DNA of 63,495 nucleotides, filler included, from Gemmatimonadota bacterium (GTDB lineage: Bacteria; 4572-55; J002): the NCBI GenBank assembly GCA_003697105.1. It is 4 parts of 4 records of this genome, joined end to end, with 100 filler letters (N's around TTAATTAATTAA, not from the genome) between each part and the next. Parts side by side here need not be neighbours in the genome. Positions count along the whole stretch, not along the records: positions 24,224 to 53,754 come from RFFQ01000083.1; 3 more parts are not named here. One strand, written 5' to 3'. Position numbers and translations under genes: made by a program. The notes under the pieces are model-generated. The model was not told the DNA's origin and made no database searches. It was given only the letters and a program-made list of their open reading frames with translations. Positions 41,163 to 52,174 of this stretch are shown piece by piece; positions within the stretch are counted from its first letter, which is position 1, and every line of letters starts with the position of its first letter.

Positions 41163-44100
41163 ATGACTCAACGGTTTTATCCCAATCACCCCCTCCATCA
41201 GATATTGAAACACAGAATCGTAGTACTTGATGGCGCCATGGGGACAATGATTCAATCCTATACTCTCACGGAAAACGATTTTCGTGGCGACCGTTTTGCC
41301 GATTGGCACTGCGATCTGAAAGGCAATAATGACCTGCTGTCATTGACCCAACCGGACATCATCCAAGCCATTCACCGGCAGTATTTTGAAGCCGGCGCAG
41401 ACATCGTGGAAACCAACACCTTCAATGCGAACGGTATCTCCCAGCGGGATTACGACATGAGTGATTTAACGTATGAGATGAATCTTGCCGCGGCAACACT
41501 CGCCAAAGCCGCCGCCGCCGAATTCACAGATAAACCGCGATTTGTCGCCGGTGCGCTGGGTCCCATGAACCGGGCATTGTCCCTCTCGCCGGATGTGAAT
41601 CGCCCCGGCTACCGGGCTGTGACCTTTGATGAAGTGGCATTGGGTTATTACGAGCAAGTTCGCGGACTGGTGGATGGCGGTGTGGATGTTCTTCTGGTGG
41701 AAACCATTTTTGATACCCTGAATAGCAAAGCCGCCCTGTACGCCATCAATCAATTTTTTGAAGAATCCGGTAAAAAAATACCCCTCATGATGTCCGGTAC
41801 GATTGTTGATTTGAGCGGCAGAACGCTATCGGGGCAAACGTTAGAAGCGTTTTGGGTCTCCATCAAACACGCCGACCCGCTCAGTATTGGACTGAATTGT
41901 GCCTTAGGGGCAGATCAACTCCGCCCGTATGTGGAGGAGCTTTCCCGAATTGCGCCGGTGTATGTCAGCGCCTATCCGAATGCCGGGTTGCCAAATGAAT
42001 TTGGCGGCTATGATGAAACCCCGGAACAGATGGCGGCAACCCTGCGAGAGTTTGCCACCAGCGGCTTGGTCAACATCATCGGGGGCTGTTGCGGTACGAC
42101 GCCCGATTATATCCGGGCGATTGCCGCTGCCGTGCAGGATGTCCCGCCGCGCGAGTTGCCCCAACTCCCCCGATACACCCAGTTCAGCGGGCTGGAACCC
42201 CTCACCATCCGCCCGGATTCTAATTTTGTGAATGTGGGCGAACGGTGCAATGTCACCGGCTCCAAACGCTTTGCGAAACTCATCAAAAAGGGCGATTTTG
42301 ACGCCGCCCTCGCCGTGGCACGAGATCAGGTGGAAAACGGGGCACAAATCTTGGATATTAATATGGATGAAGGTTTGTTGGATTCCGAACAAGCAATGGC
42401 GAACTTTCTCAATCTACTGGCGTCAGAGCCGGATATTGCCCGCGTGCCGCTCATGATTGATTCCTCCAAATGGAGCGTGATCGAAACCGGCTTGAAACAT
42501 GCACAAGGTAAATGCATCATCAATTCCATCAGCCTTAAAGAGGGTGAAACGACGTTCAAACATCAGGCAAAATTAGCCCGGTGCTACGGCGCCGCCGTCA
42601 TCGTGATGGCATTTGATGAGCAGGGACAGGCGGATACCATCGAGCGAAAATTTGAGATTTGCAAAAGAGCCTATCATATTTTAACCGAAGAACTGGATTT
42701 TCCACCTCAGGACATCATCTTTGACCCCAATATTTTTGCGGTCGCTACCGGCATTGAAGACCACAATGAGTACGCCATCAATTTTATTGAAGCGACACGG
42801 CTCATCAAAAAGCATTTGCCCTATGCAAAGGTGAGCGGCGGGGTGAGCAATCTCTCGTTCTCGTTTCGGGGCAACAACCCCGTCCGGGAGGCAATGCACT
42901 CGGCATTCTTGTACCACGCCATCAAAGCCGGTATGGATATGGGGATTGTCAACGCCGGGCAAATTGAGGTTTATGAGGAAATTCCCCACGATTTGCGGGA
43001 ACGGGTGGAAGATGTGTTGTTTAACCGGCGACCCGACGCCACCGAACGCCTGATTGAATTTGCCGGAACGGTGAAAGGCAAATCGAAAACCAAAAAAGAA
43101 GACGATGAATGGCGAAAAGCATCTGTCGAAGACCGGTTGAGCCATGCGCTAGTCAAAGGGATCGTCGAGTTTATCGAGGCGGATACCGAGGAAGCCCGCC
43201 AAAAATACAATGACCCCCTCCGCGTGATTGAAGGTCCCTTGATGGACGGTATGAATGTGGTGGGCGACCTGTTCGGTTCCGGTAAAATGTTCCTACCGCA
43301 AGTCGTCAAAAGCGCCCGGGTAATGAAAAAGGCGGTCGCTTACCTGACCCCGTTTTTAGAGGAACAGAAAAAGCAGTCCGGTGCGCAAGCACAAGGCAAA
43401 ATTTTGCTTGCCACCGTCAAAGGCGATGTCCATGACATCGGAAAAAACATTGTCGGAGTGGTTTTGGCATGTAATAATTATGAGATTATCGATTTGGGTG
43501 TGATGGTTCCCGCCGATAAAATTTTAACAGAAGCAAAAGCACAACAGGTTGATATTATTGGACTTAGCGGCTTGATCACCCCCTCTTTGGATGAAATGGT
43601 TCACGTGGCAAAAGAGATGCAACGGCAAGGCTTCACCGTGCCCCTGCTGATCGGTGGTGCCACCACATCTCGCAAGCATACCGCCGTAAAAATTGCCCCC
43701 GCTTACCCGAACGGAATCACGGTACACGTGCTGGATGCCTCGCGGGCAGTCGGTGTCGCCAGTCAACTACTAAGTGCGGGTCAGCAGCAGAAATTTACAG
43801 ATAACATCCGCGCTGAGTATGCCCGTATTCAAGCGGATTTTGAACAGCGCACCCGCGAGATCAAGCTCCTTCCTCTGGAAGAGGCTCGGCAAAACCGGCT
43901 TCCACTGGATAAAATCTTACCGGTCAAACCCACATTCACCGGTACAAAAGTATTTGAGGATTATGATCTGGCGGAGTTACGAGATCGGATCGATTGGAGC
44001 CCATTTTTTGAGGCGTGGCAGCTCAAGGGCAAATACCCTCAAATTTTAACAGATGCCACCACCGGAGTAGAAGCCCAAAAATTGTATGATGACGCCCAAC

Positions 44101-44831
44101 GGATGCTAGACCAGATCATCCGTGAAAAACGACTCACCGCTAAAGGCGTAATCGGCTTTTTTCCGGCGAATGCCGTCGAAGATGACATTGAGGTGTACAC
44201 CGACGAACATCGCAACGGAATTTTAGCGGAATTTCATACCTTACGGCAACAAATGGCAAAATCGAAAGGACATAATCTGGCATTAGCCGATTTTATTCTG
44301 CCCAAAGAGAGCGGCACAATCGATTATATCGGCGCCTTTGCCGTAACCACGGGCACCGGTCTGGCGGAATTCGTGGCGGAATTTGAGCATCATCATGATG
44401 ATTATCAAGCGATCATGGCAAAAGCGCTGGCAGACCGGCTGGCAGAAGCCTTCGCCGAACGGTTGCATGAACGAGTCCGTACTGAGTTTTGGGGCTATGC
44501 CAAAGATGAAAATCTATCCAATTCAGAATTGATCGCAGAAAAATATGTTGGGATTCGTCCCGCACCGGGATACCCCGCCTGCCCCGATCACACGGAAAAA
44601 GGAATTTTATTTAATCTGCTCCACGTTACCGAATCTACTGGAATTACTTTAACCGAAAGTTATGCCATGCAGCCGGCGGCGTCTGTATCGGGATGGTATT
44701 TCGCCCATCCGCAAGCGTGTTATTTCGGCGTCGGCAAAATCGGTAAGGATCAGGTGCAGGACTATGCCAAGCGTAAAGGTATGTCTGTGGAAACAGTGGA
44801 GATGTGGTTAAGCCGTAATTTAGGCTATTGA
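41163..44831 (+). CDS. metH: B12-dependent methionine synthase
   Basis: [50 protein letters not shown]. Confidence 0.98.
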   Translation: MTQRFYPNHPLHQILKHRIVVLDGAMGTMIQSYTLTENDFRGDRFADWHCDLKGNNDLLSLTQPDIIQAIHRQYFEAGADIVETNTFNANGISQRDYDMSDLTYEMNLAAATLAKAAAAEFTDKPRFVAGALGPMNRALSLSPDVNRPGYRAVTFDEVALGYYEQVRGLVDGGVDVLLVETIFDTLNSKAALYAINQFFEESGKKIPLMMSGTIVDLSGRTLSGQTLEAFWVSIKHADPLSIGLNCALGADQLRPYVEELSRIAPVYVSAYPNAGLPNEFGGYDETPEQMAATLREFATSGLVNIIGGCCGTTPDYIRAIAAAVQDVPPRELPQLPRYTQFSGLEPLTIRPDSNFVNVGERCNVTGSKRFAKLIKKGDFDAALAVARDQVENGAQILDINMDEGLLDSEQAMANFLNLLASEPDIARVPLMIDSSKWSVIETGLKHAQGKCIINSISLKEGETTFKHQAKLARCYGAAVIVMAFDEQGQADTIERKFEICKRAYHILTEELDFPPQDIIFDPNIFAVATGIEDHNEYAINFIEATRLIKKHLPYAKVSGGVSNLSFSFRGNNPVREAMHSAFLYHAIKAGMDMGIVNAGQIEVYEEIPHDLRERVEDVLFNRRPDATERLIEFAGTVKGKSKTKKEDDEWRKASVEDRLSHALVKGIVEFIEADTEEARQKYNDPLRVIEGPLMDGMNVVGDLFGSGKMFLPQVVKSARVMKKAVAYLTPFLEEQKKQSGAQAQGKILLATVKGDVHDIGKNIVGVVLACNNYEIIDLGVMVPADKILTEAKAQQVDIIGLSGLITPSLDEMVHVAKEMQRQGFTVPLLIGGATTSRKHTAVKIAPAYPNGITVHVLDASRAVGVASQLLSAGQQQKFTDNIRAEYARIQADFEQRTREIKLLPLEEARQNRLPLDKILPVKPTFTGTKVFEDYDLAELRDRIDWSPFFEAWQLKGKYPQILTDATTGVEAQKLYDDAQRMLDQIIREKRLTAKGVIGFFPANAVEDDIEVYTDEHRNGILAEFHTLRQQMAKSKGHNLALADFILPKESGTIDYIGAFAVTTGTGLAEFVAEFEHHHDDYQAIMAKALADRLAEAFAERLHERVRTEFWGYAKDENLSNSELIAEKYVGIRPAPGYPACPDHTEKGILFNLLHVTESTGITLTESYAMQPAASVSGWYFAHPQACYFGVGKIGKDQVQDYAKRKGMSVETVEMWLSRNLGY

Positions 44832-45089
44832 ACAAACCATTTAGTTATGCCTTCCGGTACGTAAAATCTGAATTTTCCAAAAGAGAGGAGGTTTTTGCTT
44901 TCAAATCGATGTTTTCCAGGAGCATCACCGGAGCATCCATTCTAACGTTTGAAGGTCAGCTCCCCGGTAACCCCCCAATCTCCATTTTTGCAGGATTTTT
45001 TGCGTTCACAAACGGCTCAAACCGGAAAATTAAGCAAAACGGACATCCCTGCCCTCTCATTTATTCCATTTACCCAGAAAGGACATGTT

Positions 45090-47216
45090 ATGAACCCATC
45101 CACATTTGATTTTCGGATCGGGGTATTCCTGTTGATCGGGCTGATGATTGCCCTTAGCGGGTGTGATATTAACACCGATCCGGGCATCCCCTCGATTGAA
45201 AAGCGAGTGGTTATCCCCCTTTATTATGAGACATTTACCGCGGATAGCGTCGCCGCTCAATCGGACTATTTGCAGGTGAATTCGGATCAATGCGATCTGG
45301 AATTGACCTACAGCGATACCCTCGACAGCCGGCGTCTGGAAAGTGAGCTCACCATCGGTACTATCTCCGAAACCGTCGCCGTAGAAGTCGGATGGATCGA
45401 ATTGGAAGACCCCGGCGTAGCGGCATCCGATGCCATTGAACTGCAAGATTTCTTCCCGGAAGCGGCAAACCTAGATGAGCAAGAAGCCACCATTCCAGAC
45501 ATCGGCACCGTTGACCCCCTTTCGGTTGAAATCGCGGCATTCTCCACGTTTCAGGAGATCGAAATCGAAACCGCCGAAGCCACCGTTACGCTCGACAACA
45601 ACTTAGTAATTCCCCTCACCGATGTCTCCATCTATCTCTACAACAGCGATGAATCGACACCCGTCACCTTTGCGGAAATTGATGAAATCTTGCCCGGCGA
45701 GAGCCAATCCACCCCAATTGATCTAAACGGGAAACGTCTCTCCAACCAATTGCGGGCGGAAATTGGTTTTTCCTCACCTGGCAGCAATGGGGAGATCGTC
45801 CTTATCGATGCGGAAAGTTCATTCAATATTGATATGGCAATTCACCAGCTATCGGTACGAAGCGCCACCGCCCGTATTCCATCGCAAACATTTGAAGATA
45901 CCACCCGCGTGACCTGGAGCGAACCCAACCGGGTTATCTCCGCCGGCATCAGTAGTGGACGGCTACGCCTCGAAATTGAAAACGATCTGCCCCTGGCGGC
46001 GGATGAAATTTTGCTGGTTTTTGATAATTTTAAGCAAAACGGGCAACCGTTGGAAGTCCCCGCGACACTGGAACCCTCTGGCAGCTCCATCGTAACCGTT
46101 GATATGAGCGGTTACGAACTCCTGAGCCTAGATGGTGAAGGCGTAATTGAGCAAATTCAGGCACAGGTGTATGTTCAAACGGAGGCGAGCGATGGCTTCC
46201 AGACCATCTATGCCACCGATCAGATTCAGGCAAACATCCAGTTACAGAACTTCAGCTTCGACTACTTCCGGGGAATTCTTGCCCCTTCAGAAGTCGATCT
46301 GGGTGAAGTGGCTACCGGTTCGATTTTTGGTGATGAAGTCTCTGGATTGGATTTTGTCCACCTCACCGAACTCCAAACCTACCTAAATGTGGAATATAAC
46401 TGCGAAGAACCCCACGAAGGCCGCTTGTTTATCGACCTGACCGGACTGGTCATCGAAAGCGTGAAATACGAAACCGGCGAAACCCGTGAATTCTATATCG
46501 GTACGGTAGATTATATCGAATGCGGTATGAACCGGTTGGACGTGTCCGGCACCGGAGAGTGGGAAACTTTCGGGGATTTCTTCAATAATCTACCCGATTC
46601 CATTATCGTTAGCGGTTACGCCCGCATTGGCGACGGCGAATCCGAAGTGTACGTGGCGGATGATGATGAGTTACGCATCTCCGTTGACATCGAATCACCC
46701 TTGGTCATGGTTTTACCGGATGAAGAAGATGTCAACGTGATCAAAGTCCGCAGTACACCGGAAGAAATCGAAATGGAACAGCGTGTCATTGATGCTATTG
46801 GTCGAGGTGATATTTTAACGGTGATCGGCACCGCGTATATCATCAACGGCTTTCCCGGCGGAGCACTACCAACCCTCTATTTTGGTAAAACACCCGATGC
46901 CGTTTTTGATGAAAATGCACCGGCAGAAGAGCGTCTCGTCTTGCTGGGTCAGGAAGAGGATATGCTCCGGGTGGGGCAACTCAACCCAGATGGCACTGTC
47001 GCCGAACCCTCCGAAAGTGTCATTCAACTGGATTTAACACCAGAGCAAATCGACTTTTTCAATTCTAAATTCATTTACGCTGGGGCAACCGTGCGGGTGT
47101 TCGCCCAAAATGACAACCCGGTACGATTTACCTGCGAAGATGTGGTGGAGATCTATTTTAATCTCGATATGGAAATCAATCTGAATGATGAATGGAGGGA
47201 CGAGGGCAATGAATAA
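45090..47216 (+). CDS. Large acidic, beta-rich surface lipoprotein of unknown function
   Basis: Lipobox IALSGC; internal duplication (..NNLVIPL / ENDLPL); D/E-rich. Confidence 0.7.
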   Translation: MNPSTFDFRIGVFLLIGLMIALSGCDINTDPGIPSIEKRVVIPLYYETFTADSVAAQSDYLQVNSDQCDLELTYSDTLDSRRLESELTIGTISETVAVEVGWIELEDPGVAASDAIELQDFFPEAANLDEQEATIPDIGTVDPLSVEIAAFSTFQEIEIETAEATVTLDNNLVIPLTDVSIYLYNSDESTPVTFAEIDEILPGESQSTPIDLNGKRLSNQLRAEIGFSSPGSNGEIVLIDAESSFNIDMAIHQLSVRSATARIPSQTFEDTTRVTWSEPNRVISAGISSGRLRLEIENDLPLAADEILLVFDNFKQNGQPLEVPATLEPSGSSIVTVDMSGYELLSLDGEGVIEQIQAQVYVQTEASDGFQTIYATDQIQANIQLQNFSFDYFRGILAPSEVDLGEVATGSIFGDEVSGLDFVHLTELQTYLNVEYNCEEPHEGRLFIDLTGLVIESVKYETGETREFYIGTVDYIECGMNRLDVSGTGEWETFGDFFNNLPDSIIVSGYARIGDGESEVYVADDDELRISVDIESPLVMVLPDEEDVNVIKVRSTPEEIEMEQRVIDAIGRGDILTVIGTAYIINGFPGGALPTLYFGKTPDAVFDENAPAEERLVLLGQEEDMLRVGQLNPDGTVAEPSESVIQLDLTPEQIDFFNSKFIYAGATVRVFAQNDNPVRFTCEDVVEIYFNLDMEINLNDEWRDEGNE

Positions 47217-48564
47217 AAAACCATTACCGGTCAACGTAGAGACAACACAAATGAAAACCCGCTGGATACCATTGATTTGCCTTGGACTGATGTTAATCGG
47301 GTTGTACCCAGCTTTGACGCACGCACAAGGTACCGCCAGTTACCGCGCGATGGGGATGGGAAGTGTGCATACGGCTATCGCCAACGATGTGGACGCTTTC
47401 GGATGGAACCCCGCCCGCTTGGCATTTGACCCCGAATATCACTTTACCATGAGCCTTTATCAATTCGGGATGTATGGACGGAACAACAGTTTTACCATTG
47501 CCGATTACAACGAATATTTTGATAAAGAAAAAGTGATCTCTGATGCCGAGAAAGCTGACATCATCGGCAAAATTGAGGATGGCATGCTTAAAATCAATGC
47601 CACCGGGCAGGGAAACCTGTTGAGTGGCACGTTTCGCAATTTAGGCTACGGGCTTTCTGGGGGCTACAATATTGGAATGGTGGCGGCTGGCAGTGGGAAA
47701 CTCACCGCTGAGTTTTTTGAAATGTTGCTATACGATAACCTCGCCGGTACTCACTTTGATTTTACCGATGATGAAATCTACGGCGAAGGATTTGCCGCCG
47801 GCAGTTTCGATATTGCCCTCGCCCGGCAAGTACCGATTCCAGCACTCGCCCAGTACGGCATTCATCTGAGCACCGGACTAACCTTTAAATACCTCTATGG
47901 AGGTGGTTTCAGCCGGGTGGAAGAGGCGCACGGCATGGTTCAGATCGTGGATGAACTGAGTAACGGCACCAAAACCAAGCTGGTTGCCAACGGTCAAGCA
48001 CTGGTGACCAGCGCTCTTGGCGGGAGCGGTTTCGGCATGGATTGGGGACTCGCCGCCACATACAACCAGTGGTCTGCCGGCTTGAGTATCGAAAATCTGA
48101 TCGGTAAGATCACGTGGGATAAAGAAGTCGAGCAATCTTATGTGGATTTTGCCGTTGACTTCTACGGTGCAAATGAAATTGATGATTTTGATACCACGTA
48201 TGTGGATACCACCTATACCCTATCTCAAACCAAAATGGATTTACCAACGGTTTTCCGGATCGGTGCGGCGTACCAGCTCCGCCCGAACCTCCTGCTAGCA
48301 GCGGACTTGGAAAGTAGCCTGCAAGAGACCGGCGGTTATACCAAAGCCACCCGTGTTGCCCTCGGAGCAGAATATTACCCCACGTCATGGTTGCCTTTGC
48401 GGACTGGGCTTTCCGTTGGCGGTATCGGTGGCGCGGCATGGTCAATGGGTACTGGGCTGGAGTTTGGGCACTTTTCCTATGGGATTTCCACATTTAATAT
48501 TTTGGAGATCGGGGAAAATATCAAAAGCGTTTCCTTTTCCACAGGGATGAAACTACGCTTTTAG
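47209..48564 (+). CDS. Outer-membrane beta-barrel (FadL/TraF/DUF5723-like); start may be 47251
   Basis: Signal peptide, RAMGMG..A...WNPARL hatch motif, GFGMDWG, C-terminal GMKLRF. Confidence 0.7.
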   Translation: MNKKPLPVNVETTQMKTRWIPLICLGLMLIGLYPALTHAQGTASYRAMGMGSVHTAIANDVDAFGWNPARLAFDPEYHFTMSLYQFGMYGRNNSFTIADYNEYFDKEKVISDAEKADIIGKIEDGMLKINATGQGNLLSGTFRNLGYGLSGGYNIGMVAAGSGKLTAEFFEMLLYDNLAGTHFDFTDDEIYGEGFAAGSFDIALARQVPIPALAQYGIHLSTGLTFKYLYGGGFSRVEEAHGMVQIVDELSNGTKTKLVANGQALVTSALGGSGFGMDWGLAATYNQWSAGLSIENLIGKITWDKEVEQSYVDFAVDFYGANEIDDFDTTYVDTTYTLSQTKMDLPTVFRIGAAYQLRPNLLLAADLESSLQETGGYTKATRVALGAEYYPTSWLPLRTGLSVGGIGGAAWSMGTGLEFGHFSYGISTFNILEIGENIKSVSFSTGMKLRF

Positions 48565-49944
48565 GGATTCGGCGTAGTCTTGAAAAAAAGCACGATTCCG
48601 CTTGATGCCCGTCTGCGGCACACGGGCGGGAAACGGATAAAAATCGTCCGGAATTTTAAACCGGGCGATTTTTTTTGCCAATTCGGCACGTAAAACGTCA
48701 GCCGGTAGGGGTGTTTCCGAAAATTGCAGGAACGCAACGGGCCGTTTACCAAATTCAGGATGATCCACGGGCACAACAACCGCCTCCACCACGCCGGTAA
48801 CCTCCCGTAGCGCCTGTTCGATCTCTTCGGGTTGGATGTTTTCCCCGCCGGAAATAAACAGGTTATCCCGCCGTCCGGTAACCACCAGATAACCTTGCTC
48901 ATCAAGTTTGCCCACATCACCGCTATGAAACCACCCGTTACCATCCCGGGCAGGATGGAGTTGATCGCCCCTCACATATCCCTGAAAGAGGGTTTTTCCG
49001 CGCACTAAAATTTCGCCATCATCCGCGATCCTCAGTTGACGATGGGCAAGCACCTTGCCCGAGGTCAGGAGCCGGTCTAGGGAATCTCCCGGTTGCGTCG
49101 TGGTGATCTGGGACGCCATCTCTGTAGAACCGTAGGAAGTATATACCGGTAAATTCAGGTCAACAGCCTGCCGGATCAACCGTGACGGGATGGCACTGCC
49201 GCCCAATAAAATCGCTTTTAGCCGTTTTAATGCGCGAATGCCCGCTTCTACAGCAAGTAAACGATACAGTTGTGTGGCAACCAGCGAAAGATGTGTCACC
49301 TCAAACATCTCAATGGACTGTGATAGGTCATGTTCGGAATCCGGGATGACCACCGATCCCCCACCAACCCAAGCCCGGAAAAGAATCGCTAAACCACCCA
49401 CATGAAAAAGTGGTAACGAGAGCAACCACCGGTCACCCGCTCCAAACGGTATATTTTGATTTGAACCGAGGGCACTATACACATGATTGCCAATCGTGTG
49501 CAAAGCGGCTTTGGGTACCCCGGAACTGCCGGAAGTAAAAATGAGGGTCGCCGGTTGGTCGAGTCGATCCAAAAACCCGAAGGGTTGGCAAGACTTTTTG
49601 GGGAGTCGTTGGGTGGGCATAATATCTGGCAGGGGATGGGTCACAATTTGAGGAACATCAAACGAAACACTACGTACCGGATCAAAAAAAAGAATGTTCA
49701 CACCGGTGTGATCGAGTAAATCCAGCATCTGAGAAGGTGGAAAACGCCAGTTGAGCGGTACCGCAACGACGCCGAGTCGAAACAAGGCAAAGAGCAATAC
49801 CCCATATTCTGGACGGTTTGGGGCGCAAATCCCAACCCGGTCTCCGGCGTGAAGTCCAAAGGTACTCTGGAGATGGTCTGCTACTTCAACAGTCAATGCC
49901 TCAAATGGAGCATGATCAAGAGAAAACGTATTGCTATAAATCAT
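48553..49944 (-). CDS. menE: o-Succinylbenzoate-CoA ligase
   Basis: FTSGSSGVPK, LSLPLFHVGG, SYGSTEMASQ, GRRDNLFISGGENIQPEEIE; overlaps menA. Confidence 0.92.
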   Translation of the reverse strand: MIYSNTFSLDHAPFEALTVEVADHLQSTFGLHAGDRVGICAPNRPEYGVLLFALFRLGVVAVPLNWRFPPSQMLDLLDHTGVNILFFDPVRSVSFDVPQIVTHPLPDIMPTQRLPKKSCQPFGFLDRLDQPATLIFTSGSSGVPKAALHTIGNHVYSALGSNQNIPFGAGDRWLLSLPLFHVGGLAILFRAWVGGGSVVIPDSEHDLSQSIEMFEVTHLSLVATQLYRLLAVEAGIRALKRLKAILLGGSAIPSRLIRQAVDLNLPVYTSYGSTEMASQITTTQPGDSLDRLLTSGKVLAHRQLRIADDGEILVRGKTLFQGYVRGDQLHPARDGNGWFHSGDVGKLDEQGYLVVTGRRDNLFISGGENIQPEEIEQALREVTGVVEAVVVPVDHPEFGKRPVAFLQFSETPLPADVLRAELAKKIARFKIPDDFYPFPARVPQTGIKRNRAFFQDYAESLKA

Positions 49945-50825
49945 CCGAATACCCAACCCAGCGAAAACAGCAGGCTGTAAATCAATAAGATTTTTCCGGT
50001 CTGGGCAAGTGTTGAATTTAGACTGGGTCCAATGTCATCTTTAAAGACACTCCGGATCGCTGGAATTGCCGGAAGTAAACTCAACAGCGCCAATAAAGCC
50101 CCAGCATGATCCGGTGACCAAATGACCAACATCAGCGGAATCAGCAAGGCAAGCAGAATGCACAACAGATATTCCCAGCGAGCAAACGTAACTCCAAACC
50201 GCACCGCAAGGGTCTTTTTACCCGCTGGCGCATCCGTGTACACATCACGCAAGTTGTTGACCGTTAAAATGGCAGTGGAGATTAAGCCCGGCGCGATACC
50301 GGCAAAGATAACCTTGGGAGAGATCGTCAGGGTTTGAACATAGTAGGTGCCGCCGACCGCCACGGGACCAAAGAAGATCAGCACGAATAGATCCGCTAAG
50401 CCGGTATATCCAAGAGGGAACGGTCCTCCCGTATATAAAATGCCAAACAGAATCGATAACACCCCGATCAGCAAAATAACCCATCCTCCACGCCAAACCA
50501 GATACAACCCTAGCACAAAGCTCAACGCAAAAATCAGAATAAAACTAAGCCGCACCTGCTCCGGTGGAATCAAACCCGATTGGGTAACCCGCACCGGACC
50601 CAATCGATCCGCCCGATCCGCCCCCTTGACATAATCAAAATAATCGTTGGCGATGTTCGTACCGATCTGAATGAGCAATGCTCCTACAAGTGCCACGAGC
50701 GCCGCCACCGCATGAAAGCCATCATCCGCATACGCCATGGCGGTGCCAATCAGCACCGGAGATGCTGCCGCTGGCAACGTTTTGGGGCGGGTAGCTAGTA
50801 CCCACGCTTGCACCGAGTTGGTCAT
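49941..50825 (-). CDS. menA: 1,4-Dihydroxy-2-naphthoate polyprenyltransferase
   Basis: RPKTLPA, NDYFDYVKGAD, YTGGPFPLGY, NNLRD, GKKTLAVR. Confidence 0.94.
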   Translation of the reverse strand: MTNSVQAWVLATRPKTLPAAASPVLIGTAMAYADDGFHAVAALVALVGALLIQIGTNIANDYFDYVKGADRADRLGPVRVTQSGLIPPEQVRLSFILIFALSFVLGLYLVWRGGWVILLIGVLSILFGILYTGGPFPLGYTGLADLFVLIFFGPVAVGGTYYVQTLTISPKVIFAGIAPGLISTAILTVNNLRDVYTDAPAGKKTLAVRFGVTFARWEYLLCILLALLIPLMLVIWSPDHAGALLALLSLLPAIPAIRSVFKDDIGPSLNSTLAQTGKILLIYSLLFSLGWVFG

Positions 50826-51386
50826 CTAAAAATACCCCCACAAAAAGAGAACCGGCAAAAGAATGCCAATGCCGGTCAACCATGCTCCTCGGCCAGTAAT
50901 ACCCTTTTTGCCTTTTAATATAAACATACCGGTGATGGCTAAAATTCCCAAGCTGATGGCGTAAATGTCTGCCACCCACGTCCACAGCTTTTTGGGTTCG
51001 TTGAGGTGTAAAAAATTGAATTGTCGCAAAATCGGACGATTTTTGATGATTTCCTGCTGGACGACCCCTGTTTTGTAATTCACCGTGATAGTGTGCTGAT
51101 CCAAATAAATTTCAATCGTCTGGGGGTTTGGTAAAAATGTGGATTTGTACGGTTTTTCAATCTGAAGCCGTCGCATCACCTCCTGCGCCAACTCATCACG
51201 AGACGCATAATCCGTGGTAATCGGTTCCATTTGGCTCTCGATGCGCTGAATATCATAATTGGGGTTCCAGTCATCAATGTGATTGACCGCTACTCCGGAA
51301 ACGGCGTAAATTAGAGTCAATCCAACACAAAGGTAGCCTAAATCCCGATGAATGATGATGTTCCATTTGCGCCATTTAAATGCCAT
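50826..51386 (-). CDS. PepSY-associated TM helix protein
   Basis: HRDLGY, SGVAVNH, NFLHLN, WVADIYA..L..ITG. Confidence 0.8.
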   Translation of the reverse strand: MAFKWRKWNIIIHRDLGYLCVGLTLIYAVSGVAVNHIDDWNPNYDIQRIESQMEPITTDYASRDELAQEVMRRLQIEKPYKSTFLPNPQTIEIYLDQHTITVNYKTGVVQQEIIKNRPILRQFNFLHLNEPKKLWTWVADIYAISLGILAITGMFILKGKKGITGRGAWLTGIGILLPVLFLWGYF

Positions 51387-51414
51387 GATTGTCTCCGCCA
51401 GCCTAAAGGGATAC

Positions 51415-51450
51415 AAAAAAGCCGCTACCTTCATTTCGTAACGGCTTTTT
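51415..51450. terminator. Terminator after the DUF4920-like gene
   Basis: AAAAAGCCG...CGGCTTTTT inverted repeat with T tails on both strands. Confidence 0.6.
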
Positions 51451-51476
51451 CCTATCAACATTCATGATAACAGGCA

Positions 51477-52031
51477 TCAATCTTGTACCACCGCCCCGAT
51501 GCCCTTTAATTGATAAATGACTTCTGCCACTTCGGATTTTGATTCTGCGGAAGTTTCCGTCTTTTCTGCATCCGTTTCCGCCTTCGTCCCACCGTCAGCG
51601 TCGCAACTTTCACCTTCTTTGTGCTGGTGGTTGGAGCAAACATGCGGGTCATCGCTGGTATTGGTAATTAAATTGCCATCCTTGTCAAATTCCAGTTTAT
51701 ACAATTCACCTTCGACCCAGGCCTCGTGCCCTTTGATGTCCATCGGAAAAACGATTTCGCCATCGGTTACCTTTACCCGCAAGGTCTCATAATCATTATC
51801 ACTGGCAAGATTGATCCAACAACCTCGTTTGGCGCAAACACCGACGACGGTGCCTTTGACTAACACCCGTTTACCCAGATAGGCTTCTGGATTTTCCGTG
51901 ATTTCAGAGATCGGGGTTTCCTCCGTTAGGGTGAGTTCCTCACCAAAAGTACGCTTATCCGCCGCCATTGCCTGATGAATACACAGAAATCCCCAAAGTA
52001 CGGTCAGAGTTAATACAAAAAGACGTTTCAT
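51477..52031 (-). CDS. DUF4920-like secreted OB-fold protein
   Basis: Signal peptide, VKGTVVGVCAKRGCW; His/Cys-rich insertion. Confidence 0.7.
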   Translation of the reverse strand: MKRLFVLTLTVLWGFLCIHQAMAADKRTFGEELTLTEETPISEITENPEAYLGKRVLVKGTVVGVCAKRGCWINLASDNDYETLRVKVTDGEIVFPMDIKGHEAWVEGELYKLEFDKDGNLITNTSDDPHVCSNHQHKEGESCDADGGTKAETDAEKTETSAESKSEVAEVIYQLKGIGAVVQD

Positions 52032-52174
52032 TGCGAACCTCCTATAAAAACATATAGATTTATAAATGAGTACATGGTTGCGGGAGCAATGTACACAAAA
52101 AAGAGCAAAGGGTCAAGTATTTTTTGAAGCGTACCATGTGATCCCATCCCCCCTCACACGGCATCGCTCGCAAC

